Shown: positions 46,966 through 57,240, counted from the first letter of the stretch. The stretch is DNA of 64,000 nt from Burkholderiales bacterium (GCA_038200275.1 JBBPYC010000025.1:10759-74758); one strand, 5' to 3'. Notes: a model not told the origin generated them from the sequence alone. Numbers and translations are program-made.

Positions 46966-47928
46966 TCACTCGGCTTTGATGCCCAGATCGGTGATCAGCT
47001 TGCCGTACTCGTCCGCATCGCGCCGCAGCACCGTCGCAAACTGTTCGGGCGAAGCCTTGACGACTTCGACGCCCATCGTGTTCATGCGGGCACGAACGGC
47101 CGGCTCGGCCAGCGCCTGATTGGCCGCAGCGTTGAGTCGATCGACCAGTTCCTTCGGCAGCTCGGCCGGGCCGAACAGGCCGTACCAAACCCCGAGCGCA
47201 TACCCCGGCAGTGTTTCGGCCACCGTCGGCACATCCGGCAGCAGGTCAGAGCGCTTGGCTTCCGTCACGGCCAGCAGTGTGAGCTTGCCGGCTTTCACAT
47301 GCGGCAAGGTCTGCGTGCCGGCCGAGAACAGCACCTGCGTCTGATTGCCGACGGTGTCCAGCACGGCCGGCGCGCCGCCCTTGTACGGCACGTGCAGCAT
47401 CTCGATGCCAGCGGCTTTTTCGAACAGCACCGCGCTCAGGTGATTGGTCGAGCCAGAGCCGGCGCTCGCATACGCCAGCTTGCCGGGGTTCGCCTTCGCA
47501 TACGCGATGAGCTCCTTCACGTTTTTGACTGGCACGGAGGGATTCACCACCAGCGTGTTGATCACGTTGGCCAGCAGCGCAATCGGCGTGAAGTCATCAA
47601 CGCCTTTGAACGGCATCGGCATCAGCGCCGGGTTCATTGCATGCGTGCTCATCGAGCCGACCAGCAAGGTGTACCCATCGGGTTTGGCCCTGGCCACCTG
47701 ATTCGAGCCGATGTTGCCCGACGCGCCTGCGCGGTTCTCGACGATGACGGTCTGGCCCATCGATTGGGTGAGCTGCTCGGCCAACGCCCGCGCGAGGATG
47801 TCGGTCGAGCCGCCAGGCGCCCACGGCACGACCAGCGTGATGGGTTTGTCAGGATAAGCAGCGGTTGCGATGGATGCGAACGTGAGAAGCACAGCCGCAC
47901 AAAAGCTGCGGCCAACAAATGAAGCCAT
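46966..47928 (-). CDS. Bug/TctC-family periplasmic substrate-binding protein (orphan)
   Basis: ORF 46966..48000 trimmed to the ATG at 47926-47928 (MASFVGRSFCAAVLLTFASIATA). Bug motif ITLVVPWAPGGSTD. Confidence 0.9.
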   Translation of the reverse strand: MASFVGRSFCAAVLLTFASIATAAYPDKPITLVVPWAPGGSTDILARALAEQLTQSMGQTVIVENRAGASGNIGSNQVARAKPDGYTLLVGSMSTHAMNPALMPMPFKGVDDFTPIALLANVINTLVVNPSVPVKNVKELIAYAKANPGKLAYASAGSGSTNHLSAVLFEKAAGIEMLHVPYKGGAPAVLDTVGNQTQVLFSAGTQTLPHVKAGKLTLLAVTEAKRSDLLPDVPTVAETLPGYALGVWYGLFGPAELPKELVDRLNAAANQALAEPAVRARMNTMGVEVVKASPEQFATVLRRDADEYGKLITDLGIKAE

Positions 47929-48010
47929 TGGTGGTTGTCCCTGCAAGAGAAGAATCGGAGAGGCACAAAAGTGTAGACCGATGCGGCACCACCCAGACAT
48001 CGCCCCGGTT

Positions 48011-48044
48011 GCCCTGCCCTGCGCCCTGCGCCCTGCGCACTGCG
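48011..48044. repeat. heptanucleotide tandem repeat
   Basis: GCCCTG + (CCCTGCG)x3 + CACTGCG, read directly from the divergent intergenic region between the Bug gene and liuB. Confidence 0.9.
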
Positions 48045-48195
48045 CGACGGTGGCCGAGATCGATGCGCGCTACGGCGACTGGAGCAGCAGACTGCAGACG
48101 AACAAGGCGGGACATCGTCGGATGCAACAATGAATGGTCACGCTCACTCGCCGGCCTGCCAAGCTGGACAACCACGATTTGCAAAGAGACAACCG

Positions 48196-49839
48196 ATGGC
48201 CATTCTGGACACCCGACTCAACTCCCGCACTGCCGACTTTCAGACCAATGCCGATGCCATGCGCGCGCTGGTCGCGGATCTGAACGCCCAAGTGGAGAAG
48301 TCCGCTGCGGGCGGCAGCGAGCAGGCGCGTGCCAAGCACACCGCACGCGGCAAGCTGCTGCCGCGCGACCGGGTGCAGTTGCTGCTTGATCCAGGGACGC
48401 CGTTTCTGGAAATCGCGCCGTTGGCCGCGCACGATATGTACCGCGGCGATGCGCCGGGGGCCAGCTTGATCACGGGCATCGGGCGGGTGTCTGGCGTGAC
48501 CTGCATGGTGGTCTGCAACGACGCGACGGTGAAGGGTGGGACGTACTACCCGATGACGGTCAAGAAGCATTTGCGCGCGCAAGAGATCGCGCAGCAAAAC
48601 CGCCTGCCGTGTATCTATCTGGTTGATTCGGGCGGCGCCAATCTGCCGAACCAGGACGACGTGTTTCCGGACCGCGATCACTTCGGCCGCATCTTCTACA
48701 ACCAGGCGCAGATGAGCGCGGACGGCATCGCGCAGATCGCGGTGGTGATGGGCAGCTGCACCGCGGGCGGTGCCTATATGCCTGCGATGAGCGATGAGTC
48801 GATCATCGTAAAGAACCAGGGCACGATCTTTCTGGGCGGGCCGCCGCTCGTGAAAGCGGCGATAGGCGAGATCGTGTCGGCGGAAGATCTGGGCGGCGGC
48901 GATGTGCACACGCGGCTGTCCGGCGTGGCCGACCACCTCGCGCAAAACGATGCGCATGCGCTGAAGCTCGCGCGCACGGCGGTGGCGAACTTGAATGTTC
49001 GCCAACCGGCAGCTCAGCACTCGAGTTTTGAAGGAAAACCCGCTGAGGCGAACGCAGAATCTGAGTCTATTGCTCCTAAATTCGCAGCAGATGAGCTCTA
49101 CGGCATCGTCCCGGTCGACACACGCAAACCGTACGACGTGCACGAGATCATTGCGCGCATCGTCGACGGCTCCGAGTTTCACGAGTTCAAAGCGCGCTAC
49201 GGCGCCACACTGGTCTGCGGTTTTGCGAACATTGAAGGCATGCCCGTTGGCATCGTCGCGAACAACGGCATCCTGTTTTCCGAGTCCGCGCAGAAGGGCG
49301 CGCACTTCATCGAGCTGTGCTGCCAGCGCAAGATCCCGCTCGTGTTCCTGCAGAACATTACCGGCTTCATGGTTGGCAAGAAGTATGAGAACGAAGGCAT
49401 CGCGCGGCATGGCGCAAAGATGGTGACGGCCGTGGCCACAGCGCAAGTGCCGAAGTTCACCATCATCATCGGCGGCAGCTACGGTGCCGGCAACTACGGC
49501 ATGTGCGGGCGCGCGTTCAGCCCGCGTTTCTTGTGGATGTGGCCGAACGCGCGCATCTGCGTGATGGGCGGCGAACAAGCCGCCGGCGTGCTGGCCACTG
49601 TCAAGCGCGACGGCATCGAAGGCCGCGGTGGAAGCTGGAGCACCCAAGAAGAGGCTGCGTTCAAGCAGCCCGTGCTGGATCAGTTCGCGCATCAGTCGCA
49701 TCCCTATTATTCAAGCGCGCGGATATGGGACGACGGCGTGATCGATCCGGCCGACACGCGGCGCGTGCTGGCGTTGGGCCTGGCGGCGAGTTTGAATGCG
49801 CCGATCGGGGAGCCGAAGTTCGGGGTGTTCAGGATGTGA
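48196..49839 (+). CDS. liuB: methylcrotonyl-CoA carboxylase, carboxyltransferase (beta) subunit
   Basis: ORF 48130..49839 trimmed to ATG 48196 ([16 protein letters not shown]...). MCCase-beta signature throughout. Confidence 0.95.
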   Translation: MAILDTRLNSRTADFQTNADAMRALVADLNAQVEKSAAGGSEQARAKHTARGKLLPRDRVQLLLDPGTPFLEIAPLAAHDMYRGDAPGASLITGIGRVSGVTCMVVCNDATVKGGTYYPMTVKKHLRAQEIAQQNRLPCIYLVDSGGANLPNQDDVFPDRDHFGRIFYNQAQMSADGIAQIAVVMGSCTAGGAYMPAMSDESIIVKNQGTIFLGGPPLVKAAIGEIVSAEDLGGGDVHTRLSGVADHLAQNDAHALKLARTAVANLNVRQPAAQHSSFEGKPAEANAESESIAPKFAADELYGIVPVDTRKPYDVHEIIARIVDGSEFHEFKARYGATLVCGFANIEGMPVGIVANNGILFSESAQKGAHFIELCCQRKIPLVFLQNITGFMVGKKYENEGIARHGAKMVTAVATAQVPKFTIIIGGSYGAGNYGMCGRAFSPRFLWMWPNARICVMGGEQAAGVLATVKRDGIEGRGGSWSTQEEAAFKQPVLDQFAHQSHPYYSSARIWDDGVIDPADTRRVLALGLAASLNAPIGEPKFGVFRM

Positions 49840-50141
49840 TCGAAAGGCGATGCAAAAGGAAAGCGAAGCGAGCGACGTCACAGCAAAGCCATACCACCCG
49901 ACTGAAGGTCTTCGTGGGGCGGGTTGCGCGTTCGGTCGGGCATTAAGCGTTGCGCGATCCTTCTGCATCGGTTTGGTAAAAACACGCGTTGCGCAGCCCG
50001 GCGCGCATGGCTAACATCGCGCCGTTCGGTCCGGTCGGTCTGGAGACTCGTTGCAGCAGGCAGCGCTGGTGACTTGAGATCGATCGACGCGGACCCGGCG
50101 TTCACGGGTCATCCAAGAGTCCAGGCTCAAGGTAGAACAAC

Positions 50142-51401
50142 ATGTCCTTCCCACACCCCTCGGCGCCGCTCAAGCGCCGCAGCCTCGTCAAGGCCGCTGC
50201 CGGCGCCAGCCTGCTGCAGCTCGCTCCGCCTTTCATCAGCACGAGCCGCGCGGCGGACACCGTCAAGATCGGGCTGGACAACCCGCTGACCGGCACCTAT
50301 GCGGCGGTCGGGAAGAACGAACTGACCGGCGCCCAGTTGGCGCTGGAGCAGATCAATGCGAAGGGCGGCATCCTCGGTCGCCAGGTCGAGTTGCTGGTCG
50401 AGGACTCGACCAGCGGCGATGCCGGCACGGCCGTGCAGAAGGCGCGCAAGCTGATCGATCGCGACAAGGTCAACTTCCTGCTCGGCAACGTCAACTCGGC
50501 GCTGGCGCTGGCGATGGCGCAGGTCAGCAACGAAAAGGGGGTGCTGCACATCGTCCCCGGCGGCCACACCGACGCGATCACCGGGGACACCTGCCATTGG
50601 AACGTCTTTCGCATCTGCAACACCACGCAGATGGAAGCGAACGCGGTGGCGCCCTCGCTGATCAAGAACGCGGGAAAGAAGTGGTACTACATCACGCCCG
50701 ACTATGCGTTTGGCCACACGTTGCAGGCCGGCTTGGAGAGAGCCTGCACGCGACTGGGCGGCGCCAAGGTGGGCGCCGATCTGACGCCGCTCGGCACCAC
50801 CGATTTCTCTTCCTACCTGATCAAGGCGCAAGCCGCGAATCCCGACGTGATCGTGTTCCTGGTGCAGGGCGACGACATGATCAACGCGCTAAAGCAGGCG
50901 GTCCAGTTCGGGCTCGACAAGCGGTTCCACCTGGCTGGCGGCCAGCAGGAACTTGAGGCACTCGAAGGCTTGTCGCCCGATGCACGGGTCGGCACCTGGG
51001 TGTTCGAGTGGTACTGGAATCAGCCGGGCGTGCCGCACGTGGCCGAGTTCGTCGCCGACATCAAAAAGCGCACCAACCGGGTTCCGACCGCGCGCACCTG
51101 GTTCGGCTATGCCTCGACCTGGACCTGCGCGCTGGCCGCGAATGGCGCCAAGTCGCTCGAGGCGGTCAAGATGGCCCGGTTTCTGCAGGACTTCAAGCTG
51201 CCGCCCGAGGTGGCGCTGATGCCGAATGGCGCGTTTTTCCGCGCTGGCCAGAACCAGTTGATCCCCGACCTGTTCGTCGGCCAGGCCCAGGCCAAGGGCA
51301 GCGCGCCGGACGATCTGTTCAAGGTAACGGAAGTCGCCAAGGGAACTGATGCGGCCGGAACCCTCGCGGAATCCGGCTGCAAGATGACCTGGCCAGCCTG
51401 A
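50142..51401 (+). CDS. ABC transporter substrate-binding protein (branched-chain amino acid/LivK-like family)
   Basis: 419-aa ORF with a Tat-like signal (KRRSLVKAAAGASLL) and the type I PBP string VKIGLDNPLTGTYAAVG. Confidence 0.9.
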   Translation: MSFPHPSAPLKRRSLVKAAAGASLLQLAPPFISTSRAADTVKIGLDNPLTGTYAAVGKNELTGAQLALEQINAKGGILGRQVELLVEDSTSGDAGTAVQKARKLIDRDKVNFLLGNVNSALALAMAQVSNEKGVLHIVPGGHTDAITGDTCHWNVFRICNTTQMEANAVAPSLIKNAGKKWYYITPDYAFGHTLQAGLERACTRLGGAKVGADLTPLGTTDFSSYLIKAQAANPDVIVFLVQGDDMINALKQAVQFGLDKRFHLAGGQQELEALEGLSPDARVGTWVFEWYWNQPGVPHVAEFVADIKKRTNRVPTARTWFGYASTWTCALAANGAKSLEAVKMARFLQDFKLPPEVALMPNGAFFRAGQNQLIPDLFVGQAQAKGSAPDDLFKVTEVAKGTDAAGTLAESGCKMTWPA

Positions 51402-51546
51402 GCGCTGACGTGCATCCAGCGGCGCTTTCGACGCGCGGCATCGACACGTGCGGCGCGCCGCAGTGCGGCCGGCCGGCTTGGTGCGTGGCCTGCCGTCAAC
51501 GTCCTGTTCAACTTGGTTTCGTCACCAGCCCCGGGCTACTTGTGCG

Positions 51547-52416
51547 ATGACACAGCTGCTTCTGTTCAACGTATTCAACGGGCTCATCGTCGGGGCGTTC
51601 TATGCGCTGATGGCGCTGGGGCTGTCACTGATCCTGAACCTGAGCGGAGTGATCAACTTCGCGCACGGCGGCTTTCTCGCGATCGGCGCCTATCTCGCCT
51701 ACACGCTGATGCCGACGATCGGCTTCTGGGGCGCGCTGATCGTCGCACCGCTGCTGACGGCGCTGCTGGGGCTGCTGGTCGAGCGGCTGTTGATCCGCCG
51801 GTTGTACGGGCGTGATCCGCTCTACAGCCTGCTGCTCACGTTCGGGCTCGCCTACATCCTGGAAGACGGCACGCGTTACATCTGGGGCGCGCAAAGCCTG
51901 CCGTTCCCGATCCCGGCTTGGCTAACCAAGCCGCTGTCGGTGGAATACTTCTTTCTTACCGGCTACCGCCTGTTCATGGTGCTGCTGGTGGCGCTGGCGG
52001 TCGCCGGGCTGTTCTACATCCTCAACCGGACCCGGCTCGGCATGCGGATTCGCGCCGGCACGCTCGACTTGGAAACCGTGTCGGTGCTCGGCGTGAACGT
52101 GACGGTGCTGCGCAACCTGAACTTCGGACTCGGCATCTACCTGGCGGGGCTGGCCGGCGTGCTGGCCGCGGGCATGCTCGGGCTGCAGCCGACCATCGGC
52201 AGTTCGCTGATCATGCCGAGCTTCGTCGCGATCATCGTCGGCGGCTTGGGCAGTTTGCCGGGCACGTTGCTCGGCGGCCTGTTGATCGGCGTTGCGTCAG
52301 GCATCACCACGGTGTTCTTCCCGTCGGCGACCGAGGCCGTGATGTACGTGATGATGGGGCTGGTACTGTTGTGGCGCCCGCAGGGCCTTCTCGGCGAAGA
52401 GGGTAGGACGCAATGA
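51547..52416 (+). CDS. livH: branched-chain amino acid ABC transporter permease
   Basis: ORF 51448..52416 trimmed to ATG 51547 (MTQLLLFNVFNGLIVGAFYALMALGLSLI). Confidence 0.9.
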   Translation: MTQLLLFNVFNGLIVGAFYALMALGLSLILNLSGVINFAHGGFLAIGAYLAYTLMPTIGFWGALIVAPLLTALLGLLVERLLIRRLYGRDPLYSLLLTFGLAYILEDGTRYIWGAQSLPFPIPAWLTKPLSVEYFFLTGYRLFMVLLVALAVAGLFYILNRTRLGMRIRAGTLDLETVSVLGVNVTVLRNLNFGLGIYLAGLAGVLAAGMLGLQPTIGSSLIMPSFVAIIVGGLGSLPGTLLGGLLIGVASGITTVFFPSATEAVMYVMMGLVLLWRPQGLLGEEGRTQ

Positions 52417-53363
52417 ACGGCCTTGACAAGCGGCTGCCTTCCGTGCTGGTCTGGATCGTTCTGCTGACCATGCCGTACTGGATGAATGCGGTCGGCGGCT
52501 ACACCGAGCTGGCGACCCGCGTGATCGTGCTCGGGCTGGCGGCGATGGGGCTGAATTTCCTGTTGGGATTCACCGGCGTGCTGTCGTTCGGCCATGCCGC
52601 GTACTTCGGCCTGGGCGCGTACGGCGCCGCGATGACGATCAAGTACCTGGTGCCGAGCACCATGCTGTCGATCATCGTCGGCGTGCTGGTCGGAGTCGCG
52701 GCGGCGGCGGTGGTCGGATTTCTGATCCGCAAGCTGCGCGGCGTCTATTTCGCGATGGTGACGATCGCCTTTGGGCAGATCTTCTTTTTCGTCGCGTTTC
52801 GCTGGAACACCGTGACCGGCGGCGACGATGGACTGACCGGCTGGCGCAGGCAACCGCTGGATCTGGGATTCACGACCATCGACATCTCGAAGAGCGACAC
52901 GGCCTACTACTACCTGGCGCTGGCGCTGTTCGCCGTCGCGGTCGGCATGATGGCGCTGCTGCTGCGTTCGCCGCTCGGCCGCAGCCTGATCGCGATTCGC
53001 GAAAACGAACGGCGCGCGCGCTTTCTCGGCATTCCGGTCGAGCAGCACATCTGGCTGTCGTTCGTGATCTCGGGCGCTGTCGCCGCGCTTGCCGGCAGCC
53101 TGTATGCGCTGTTGAACAATTTCACCGACCCGCGCACATTCCACTGGACGCTGTCGGGCAACTTCGTGATCATGGCCGTGCTCGGGGGCATGCGCTCGTT
53201 CTGGGGCCCGCTGGTCGGCGCGGCGATCTTCGTGGTGCTGCAGGACTACGTCTCGAGCCACACCGAGAACTGGATGTCGTTCATCGGCCTGTTCTTCGTG
53301 CTGGTGGTCATGTTCTTTCCACGCGGTGTGCTCGGCATCATCAAACGCAAGGTGTCCACGTGA
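52413..53363 (+). CDS. livM: branched-chain amino acid ABC transporter permease
   Basis: 316-aa polytopic ORF with a 4-nt overlap with livH. Confidence 0.9.
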   Translation: MNGLDKRLPSVLVWIVLLTMPYWMNAVGGYTELATRVIVLGLAAMGLNFLLGFTGVLSFGHAAYFGLGAYGAAMTIKYLVPSTMLSIIVGVLVGVAAAAVVGFLIRKLRGVYFAMVTIAFGQIFFFVAFRWNTVTGGDDGLTGWRRQPLDLGFTTIDISKSDTAYYYLALALFAVAVGMMALLLRSPLGRSLIAIRENERRARFLGIPVEQHIWLSFVISGAVAALAGSLYALLNNFTDPRTFHWTLSGNFVIMAVLGGMRSFWGPLVGAAIFVVLQDYVSSHTENWMSFIGLFFVLVVMFFPRGVLGIIKRKVST

Positions 53364-54109
53364 GCTTGCTGCACGTGCAGGGTGCGTCGCGCCACTTCGG
53401 CAGCCTGGTGGCGGTCGATAACGTATCGCTTGCGGTCGAGCCCGGTGAGTTGCGCGCGGTGATCGGGCCGAACGGCGCGGGCAAGACCACGTTCTTCAAC
53501 CTGATCAGCGGTTTCTTTCCTCCGACGTCGGGAAAGATCGTGTTCGACGGCCAGGACGTCACGACGCTGGCGCCACACGAGCGCGTGGCGGCGGGGATGG
53601 CGCGCACGTTCCAGATCACCGAGATATTCCCCGAACTCAGCGTGCGCGAGAACCTGCGCATCCCGATCGAGGTCGCGGCCGGGCTGCGGCTCAAGCCCTG
53701 GCTATCGCACCAGGCCGACGCGCGCATCCGCGCGCGCGAGGCCGAACTGCTTGAAATGGGTGCCCTGGGCGACAAGGCCGACCGGCTGGTCGGCGAGTTG
53801 TCGCACGGCGACCAGCGGTCCGCCGAGATCATGATGTCGATCGCGTTGAACCCGCGGTTGCTGTTGCTCGACGAGCCGACCGCCGGGATGGGGGACGAGG
53901 AAACCTATCACATCGCGCGGCTGATCCGGCGCCTGCACCGGGAGCAGAAGCTGACCATCGTGCTGATCGAGCACGACATGCGCGTGGTCTTCAACCTGGC
54001 CGATCGGATCATGGTGCTGGCCGAAGGCGCGGTGCTGGCCGAAGGCACGGCGGCGGAGATCGCAGCCAACGAGCAGGTCCAGGCCGCCTACCTGGGGAAG
54101 GCCGAATGA
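53360..54109 (+). CDS. livG: ABC transporter ATP-binding protein (LivG-like)
   Basis: Walker A (GPNGAGKTT), signature (LSHGDQR) and Walker B (LLLDEP) are present. Confidence 0.9.
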   Translation: MSLLHVQGASRHFGSLVAVDNVSLAVEPGELRAVIGPNGAGKTTFFNLISGFFPPTSGKIVFDGQDVTTLAPHERVAAGMARTFQITEIFPELSVRENLRIPIEVAAGLRLKPWLSHQADARIRAREAELLEMGALGDKADRLVGELSHGDQRSAEIMMSIALNPRLLLLDEPTAGMGDEETYHIARLIRRLHREQKLTIVLIEHDMRVVFNLADRIMVLAEGAVLAEGTAAEIAANEQVQAAYLGKAE

Positions 54110-54831
54110 ACCTGATCGAAGCGCAGGGCTTGCAGACCTACTATGGAAAAAGCCACATCCTGCACGGCGTCGGCCTGCTCGTGCGGGAAGGGGAGATCGT
54201 CACGCTGCTCGGCCGCAACGGCGCCGGCAAATCGACCACGCTGCGCAGCCTGATGGGGCTGACACCGGCGCGCGAGGGCAGCGTGCGGATCCTGGGGCAG
54301 GACACCACGCGCTGGCCGCCGCACCGGATCGCCTCGCTGGGCATCGGCTTCGTGCCGGAAGGCCGCAAAGTGTTCCGCAACCTGACGGTCGATGAGAACC
54401 TGCTGGTGCCGCTCGAACGCCCGGGGCCCTGGAACGTCGCCCGCGTCTATGAGCTGTTCCCGCGCCTGCGCGAACGCCGGGCCAACAAGGGCGGACAACT
54501 CTCGGGCGGCGAGCAAGAGATGCTGGCGATCGCGCGTGCCTTGCTGTTGAACCCCAAAGTGCTGATCCTCGACGAGCCTTCGCAGGGGTTGGCGCCGCTG
54601 ATCGTGCGCCAGGTGTTCGAGGTGATTCGAACCGCGCGGGCGAACGGCATGTCGGTGCTGCTGGTCGAGCAGAACGTGCGCGCCGCGGTCGCCATTGCCG
54701 ATCGCGCTTATGTACTTGAGCACGGAACCATGGCCTACGAGGGGCCGGCCGCCGAGTTCGCCGAGGACGAGGAGCGGGTGCGCGCGCTGGCCGGCGCGAG
54801 TGCCGAGCGTTGGGACGAGATCGACCTCTGA
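54106..54831 (+). CDS. livF: ABC transporter ATP-binding protein (LivF-like)
   Basis: Walker A (GRNGAGKST), signature (LSGGEQ) and Walker B (LILDEP) are present. Confidence 0.9.
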   Translation: MNLIEAQGLQTYYGKSHILHGVGLLVREGEIVTLLGRNGAGKSTTLRSLMGLTPAREGSVRILGQDTTRWPPHRIASLGIGFVPEGRKVFRNLTVDENLLVPLERPGPWNVARVYELFPRLRERRANKGGQLSGGEQEMLAIARALLLNPKVLILDEPSQGLAPLIVRQVFEVIRTARANGMSVLLVEQNVRAAVAIADRAYVLEHGTMAYEGPAAEFAEDEERVRALAGASAERWDEIDL

Positions 54832-55056
54832 CCGCGGGGCTGATGGCGCGGCCAAGCTGCGCATAATCCGTTGACCATGCGGCTCGGGGCGGCTGGATCT
54901 CCCCGCGTCTCGTTTCCACACCGACTCGGCAAGGCCTGCCCGTGGTCGTCCCGGGAAGCTGGAATCCACCGGGGCCTTGGAACAATTTTCGGGTTCGGCG
55001 GCAACAAACTGAACGTCGCCTGCCGCAAAGCTTCGCCTTTCGTGCAGGCCCACACG

Positions 55057-56190
55057 ATGAACAACATCTACACCACCCCCGAACACGAGTTACTGCAAGA
55101 TCAGGTCGCGCGCTTCATTGCCCGCGAAGTCGAGCCGCACGCCGCCGCCTGGGAAGAGCAGGGCAGCGTACCGCGCGACGTGCTGCGGCGCATGGGTGAA
55201 GCTGGGCTGCTCGGCATCGCGTTCGAGGGCGAATACGGCGGCGCCGATGCCGATGCGATGACCAACCTGGTGTTCGCCGAGGCGCTTTCGCAATCGACTT
55301 TCGGCGGCTTCATCATCACGGTGCTGGTGCATACCGACATGGCCGGGCCGCATCTGCATCACGCGGGCAGTACGGAGCAAAAGCGCCGCTTCATGCCCAG
55401 GCTGACAGCGGGCGAATCGATCTGCGCGGTCGGCATCAGCGAACCCGGTGCGGGCTCCGACGTGGCGGGCATCCGCACGTCGGCCAAGCGCGACGGCGAT
55501 GCGTGGGTGCTGAATGGCACCAAGATGTTCATCACGAACGGCGTGCATGCAAACCTGTATTTCATCGCAGCCAAGACCGGCAGCGCGCGGCACGACATGA
55601 GCATGTTCATCATCGAGAAAGGCACGCCCGGATTCAGCGTGGGCCGCGCGCTGAAGAAGAGCGGCTGGTTGTCATCCGACACGGCCGAGCTGATGCTCGA
55701 CAACGTGCGCATCCCGGCCGAGAACCTGCTGGGTGACGAAGGCAAGGGCTTCTATTCGGTCATGAAGAATTTTCAGACCGAACGCATTGCGCTGGCTGCG
55801 ATGGCGATCGGGCACTGCACGCGTGCGCTGGAACTCACGCTGGACTATGTGCGCCAACGACAGGCGTTTCAGGCCACCTTATGGGACAAGCAGACGATCC
55901 GTCAGCGCATCGCGATGCTCGATGCGAAGACGCGGGCAGCGCGTGCGTTCATGTACCAATGCGCCTGGGCGGTGGATCAGGGGCAGGACATCGTGCAGGA
56001 GGTGTCGATGTTGAAGGCACTGACGGGTGAACTCGTCAACGAAGTGCTGCAGACCTGCCAGCAGTTTCACGGCGGCATGGGCTACATCCGCGAGACCGCG
56101 ATCGAACGGCTTTGGCGCGATGCGCGTGTGCTGGCGATCGGCGGCGGCGCGACCGAAGTCATGCTGGAAGAAGTGGCCAAGCGCTACTGA
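55057..56190 (+). CDS. acyl-CoA dehydrogenase
   Basis: ORF 54871..56190 trimmed to ATG 55057 (MNNIYTTPEHELLQ). ACAD motifs are present ([28 protein letters not shown]). Confidence 0.9.
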   Translation: MNNIYTTPEHELLQDQVARFIAREVEPHAAAWEEQGSVPRDVLRRMGEAGLLGIAFEGEYGGADADAMTNLVFAEALSQSTFGGFIITVLVHTDMAGPHLHHAGSTEQKRRFMPRLTAGESICAVGISEPGAGSDVAGIRTSAKRDGDAWVLNGTKMFITNGVHANLYFIAAKTGSARHDMSMFIIEKGTPGFSVGRALKKSGWLSSDTAELMLDNVRIPAENLLGDEGKGFYSVMKNFQTERIALAAMAIGHCTRALELTLDYVRQRQAFQATLWDKQTIRQRIAMLDAKTRAARAFMYQCAWAVDQGQDIVQEVSMLKALTGELVNEVLQTCQQFHGGMGYIRETAIERLWRDARVLAIGGGATEVMLEEVAKRY

Positions 56191-56409
56191 TCGGCCGATT
56201 TCCGTCCATCGCTACAACCAGCGCGCCCAATCACAATCCAGACCGATGAAGCAATCAGAAGCGCTTGCGATGTACTGTGCTGCATGTCGTGCGGGGGTCC
56301 AGGCCGGTCCGTCTGCAACGCGCAATGAATTTCAATCGGTTTGGCAGCCAATCGGCACCGTTCGGCTGCAGATTGGCTGGTTCGCACACACGCTGCCAAG
56401 GAAAACCCC

Positions 56410-57210
56410 ATGACCAACGCTCCCATCAAATCGCTCCAGATTGCCGTGGATGGCCACGTCGCCACCATCGCGCTGAACCGCCCCGATGTGCGCAACGCGT
56501 TCAACGACGACGTGATTGCCGAACTGACGGCGGCGTTCCGTGTGCTCGGTGCCCGGGCGGATGTGCGCTGCATCGTGCTGGCCGCCATCGGCAAGGCGTT
56601 TTGCGCGGGCGCGGACCTGAACTGGATGCGGCGCATGGCCGACTATTCGCGCGAAGAAAACCTGGCCGATGCCGCCAAGCTGGCCGACATGCTGAAGACG
56701 ATTCATGAGTGCCCGAAGCCCACGGTGGCGCGCGTGCAGGGCGATGTGTATGCAGGTGGCCTGGGGCTGATCACGGCATGCGACATTGCCATTGCAGCCG
56801 ACGTGGCGAATTTTTGCGTCAGCGAAGTCAAGATCGGACTGATCCCGGCCACCATCAGTCCGTACCTGATCCGCGCGATCGGCGCGCGTGCTGCGCATCG
56901 CTATTTTCTGACAGCCGAGCGATTTGGTGCGGCCGAAGCGGCGCGCATCGGACTCGTGCACGAAGTCGTCACGGCCGATGCGCTGGACCCAAAAGTCGCC
57001 CAGATCGTGCAGGCGCTGGTTGCGGCCAGCCCGAATGCCGTCCGTGTCTGCAAGCAGCTGATCCACGATGTGGCGGGCCGCGACATCGACAAGGACCTGG
57101 TCAATGAGACCGTGTTTGGCATCGCCGATATTCGCGCGACGGATGAAGGACGCGAAGGCGTGCAGGCGTTCCTGCAAAAACGCCAACCTGGATGGCTTGG
57201 CGGCCAGTAG
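56410..57210 (+). CDS. liuC: enoyl-CoA hydratase family (probable methylglutaconyl-CoA hydratase)
   Basis: ORF 56341..57210 trimmed to ATG 56410. Crotonase fold (FCAGADLNWM, GGLGLITACDIAIA). The liuC assignment is by context, between liuB and liuD. Confidence 0.8.
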   Translation: MTNAPIKSLQIAVDGHVATIALNRPDVRNAFNDDVIAELTAAFRVLGARADVRCIVLAAIGKAFCAGADLNWMRRMADYSREENLADAAKLADMLKTIHECPKPTVARVQGDVYAGGLGLITACDIAIAADVANFCVSEVKIGLIPATISPYLIRAIGARAAHRYFLTAERFGAAEAARIGLVHEVVTADALDPKVAQIVQALVAASPNAVRVCKQLIHDVAGRDIDKDLVNETVFGIADIRATDEGREGVQAFLQKRQPGWLGGQ

Positions 57211-57240
57211 GCAACTTTTTAAAGACACCGAAGCTCGGCA

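Noticed and set aside
48990-49100. A lower-GC stretch inside liuB (…[34 protein letters not shown]…), considered as an insertion.
   Set aside because: It corresponds to the known hypervariable inter-domain linker of MCCase beta subunits. The reading frame and flanking conserved blocks are intact.
49923-49994. Three copies of GTTGCGC(G) (49923, 49949, 49988) in the 300-nt spacer upstream of the LivK-like gene.
   Set aside because: It is a short GC-rich heptamer with irregular spacing (26 and 39 nt). Chance recurrence is plausible at this base composition, and there is no dyad symmetry.
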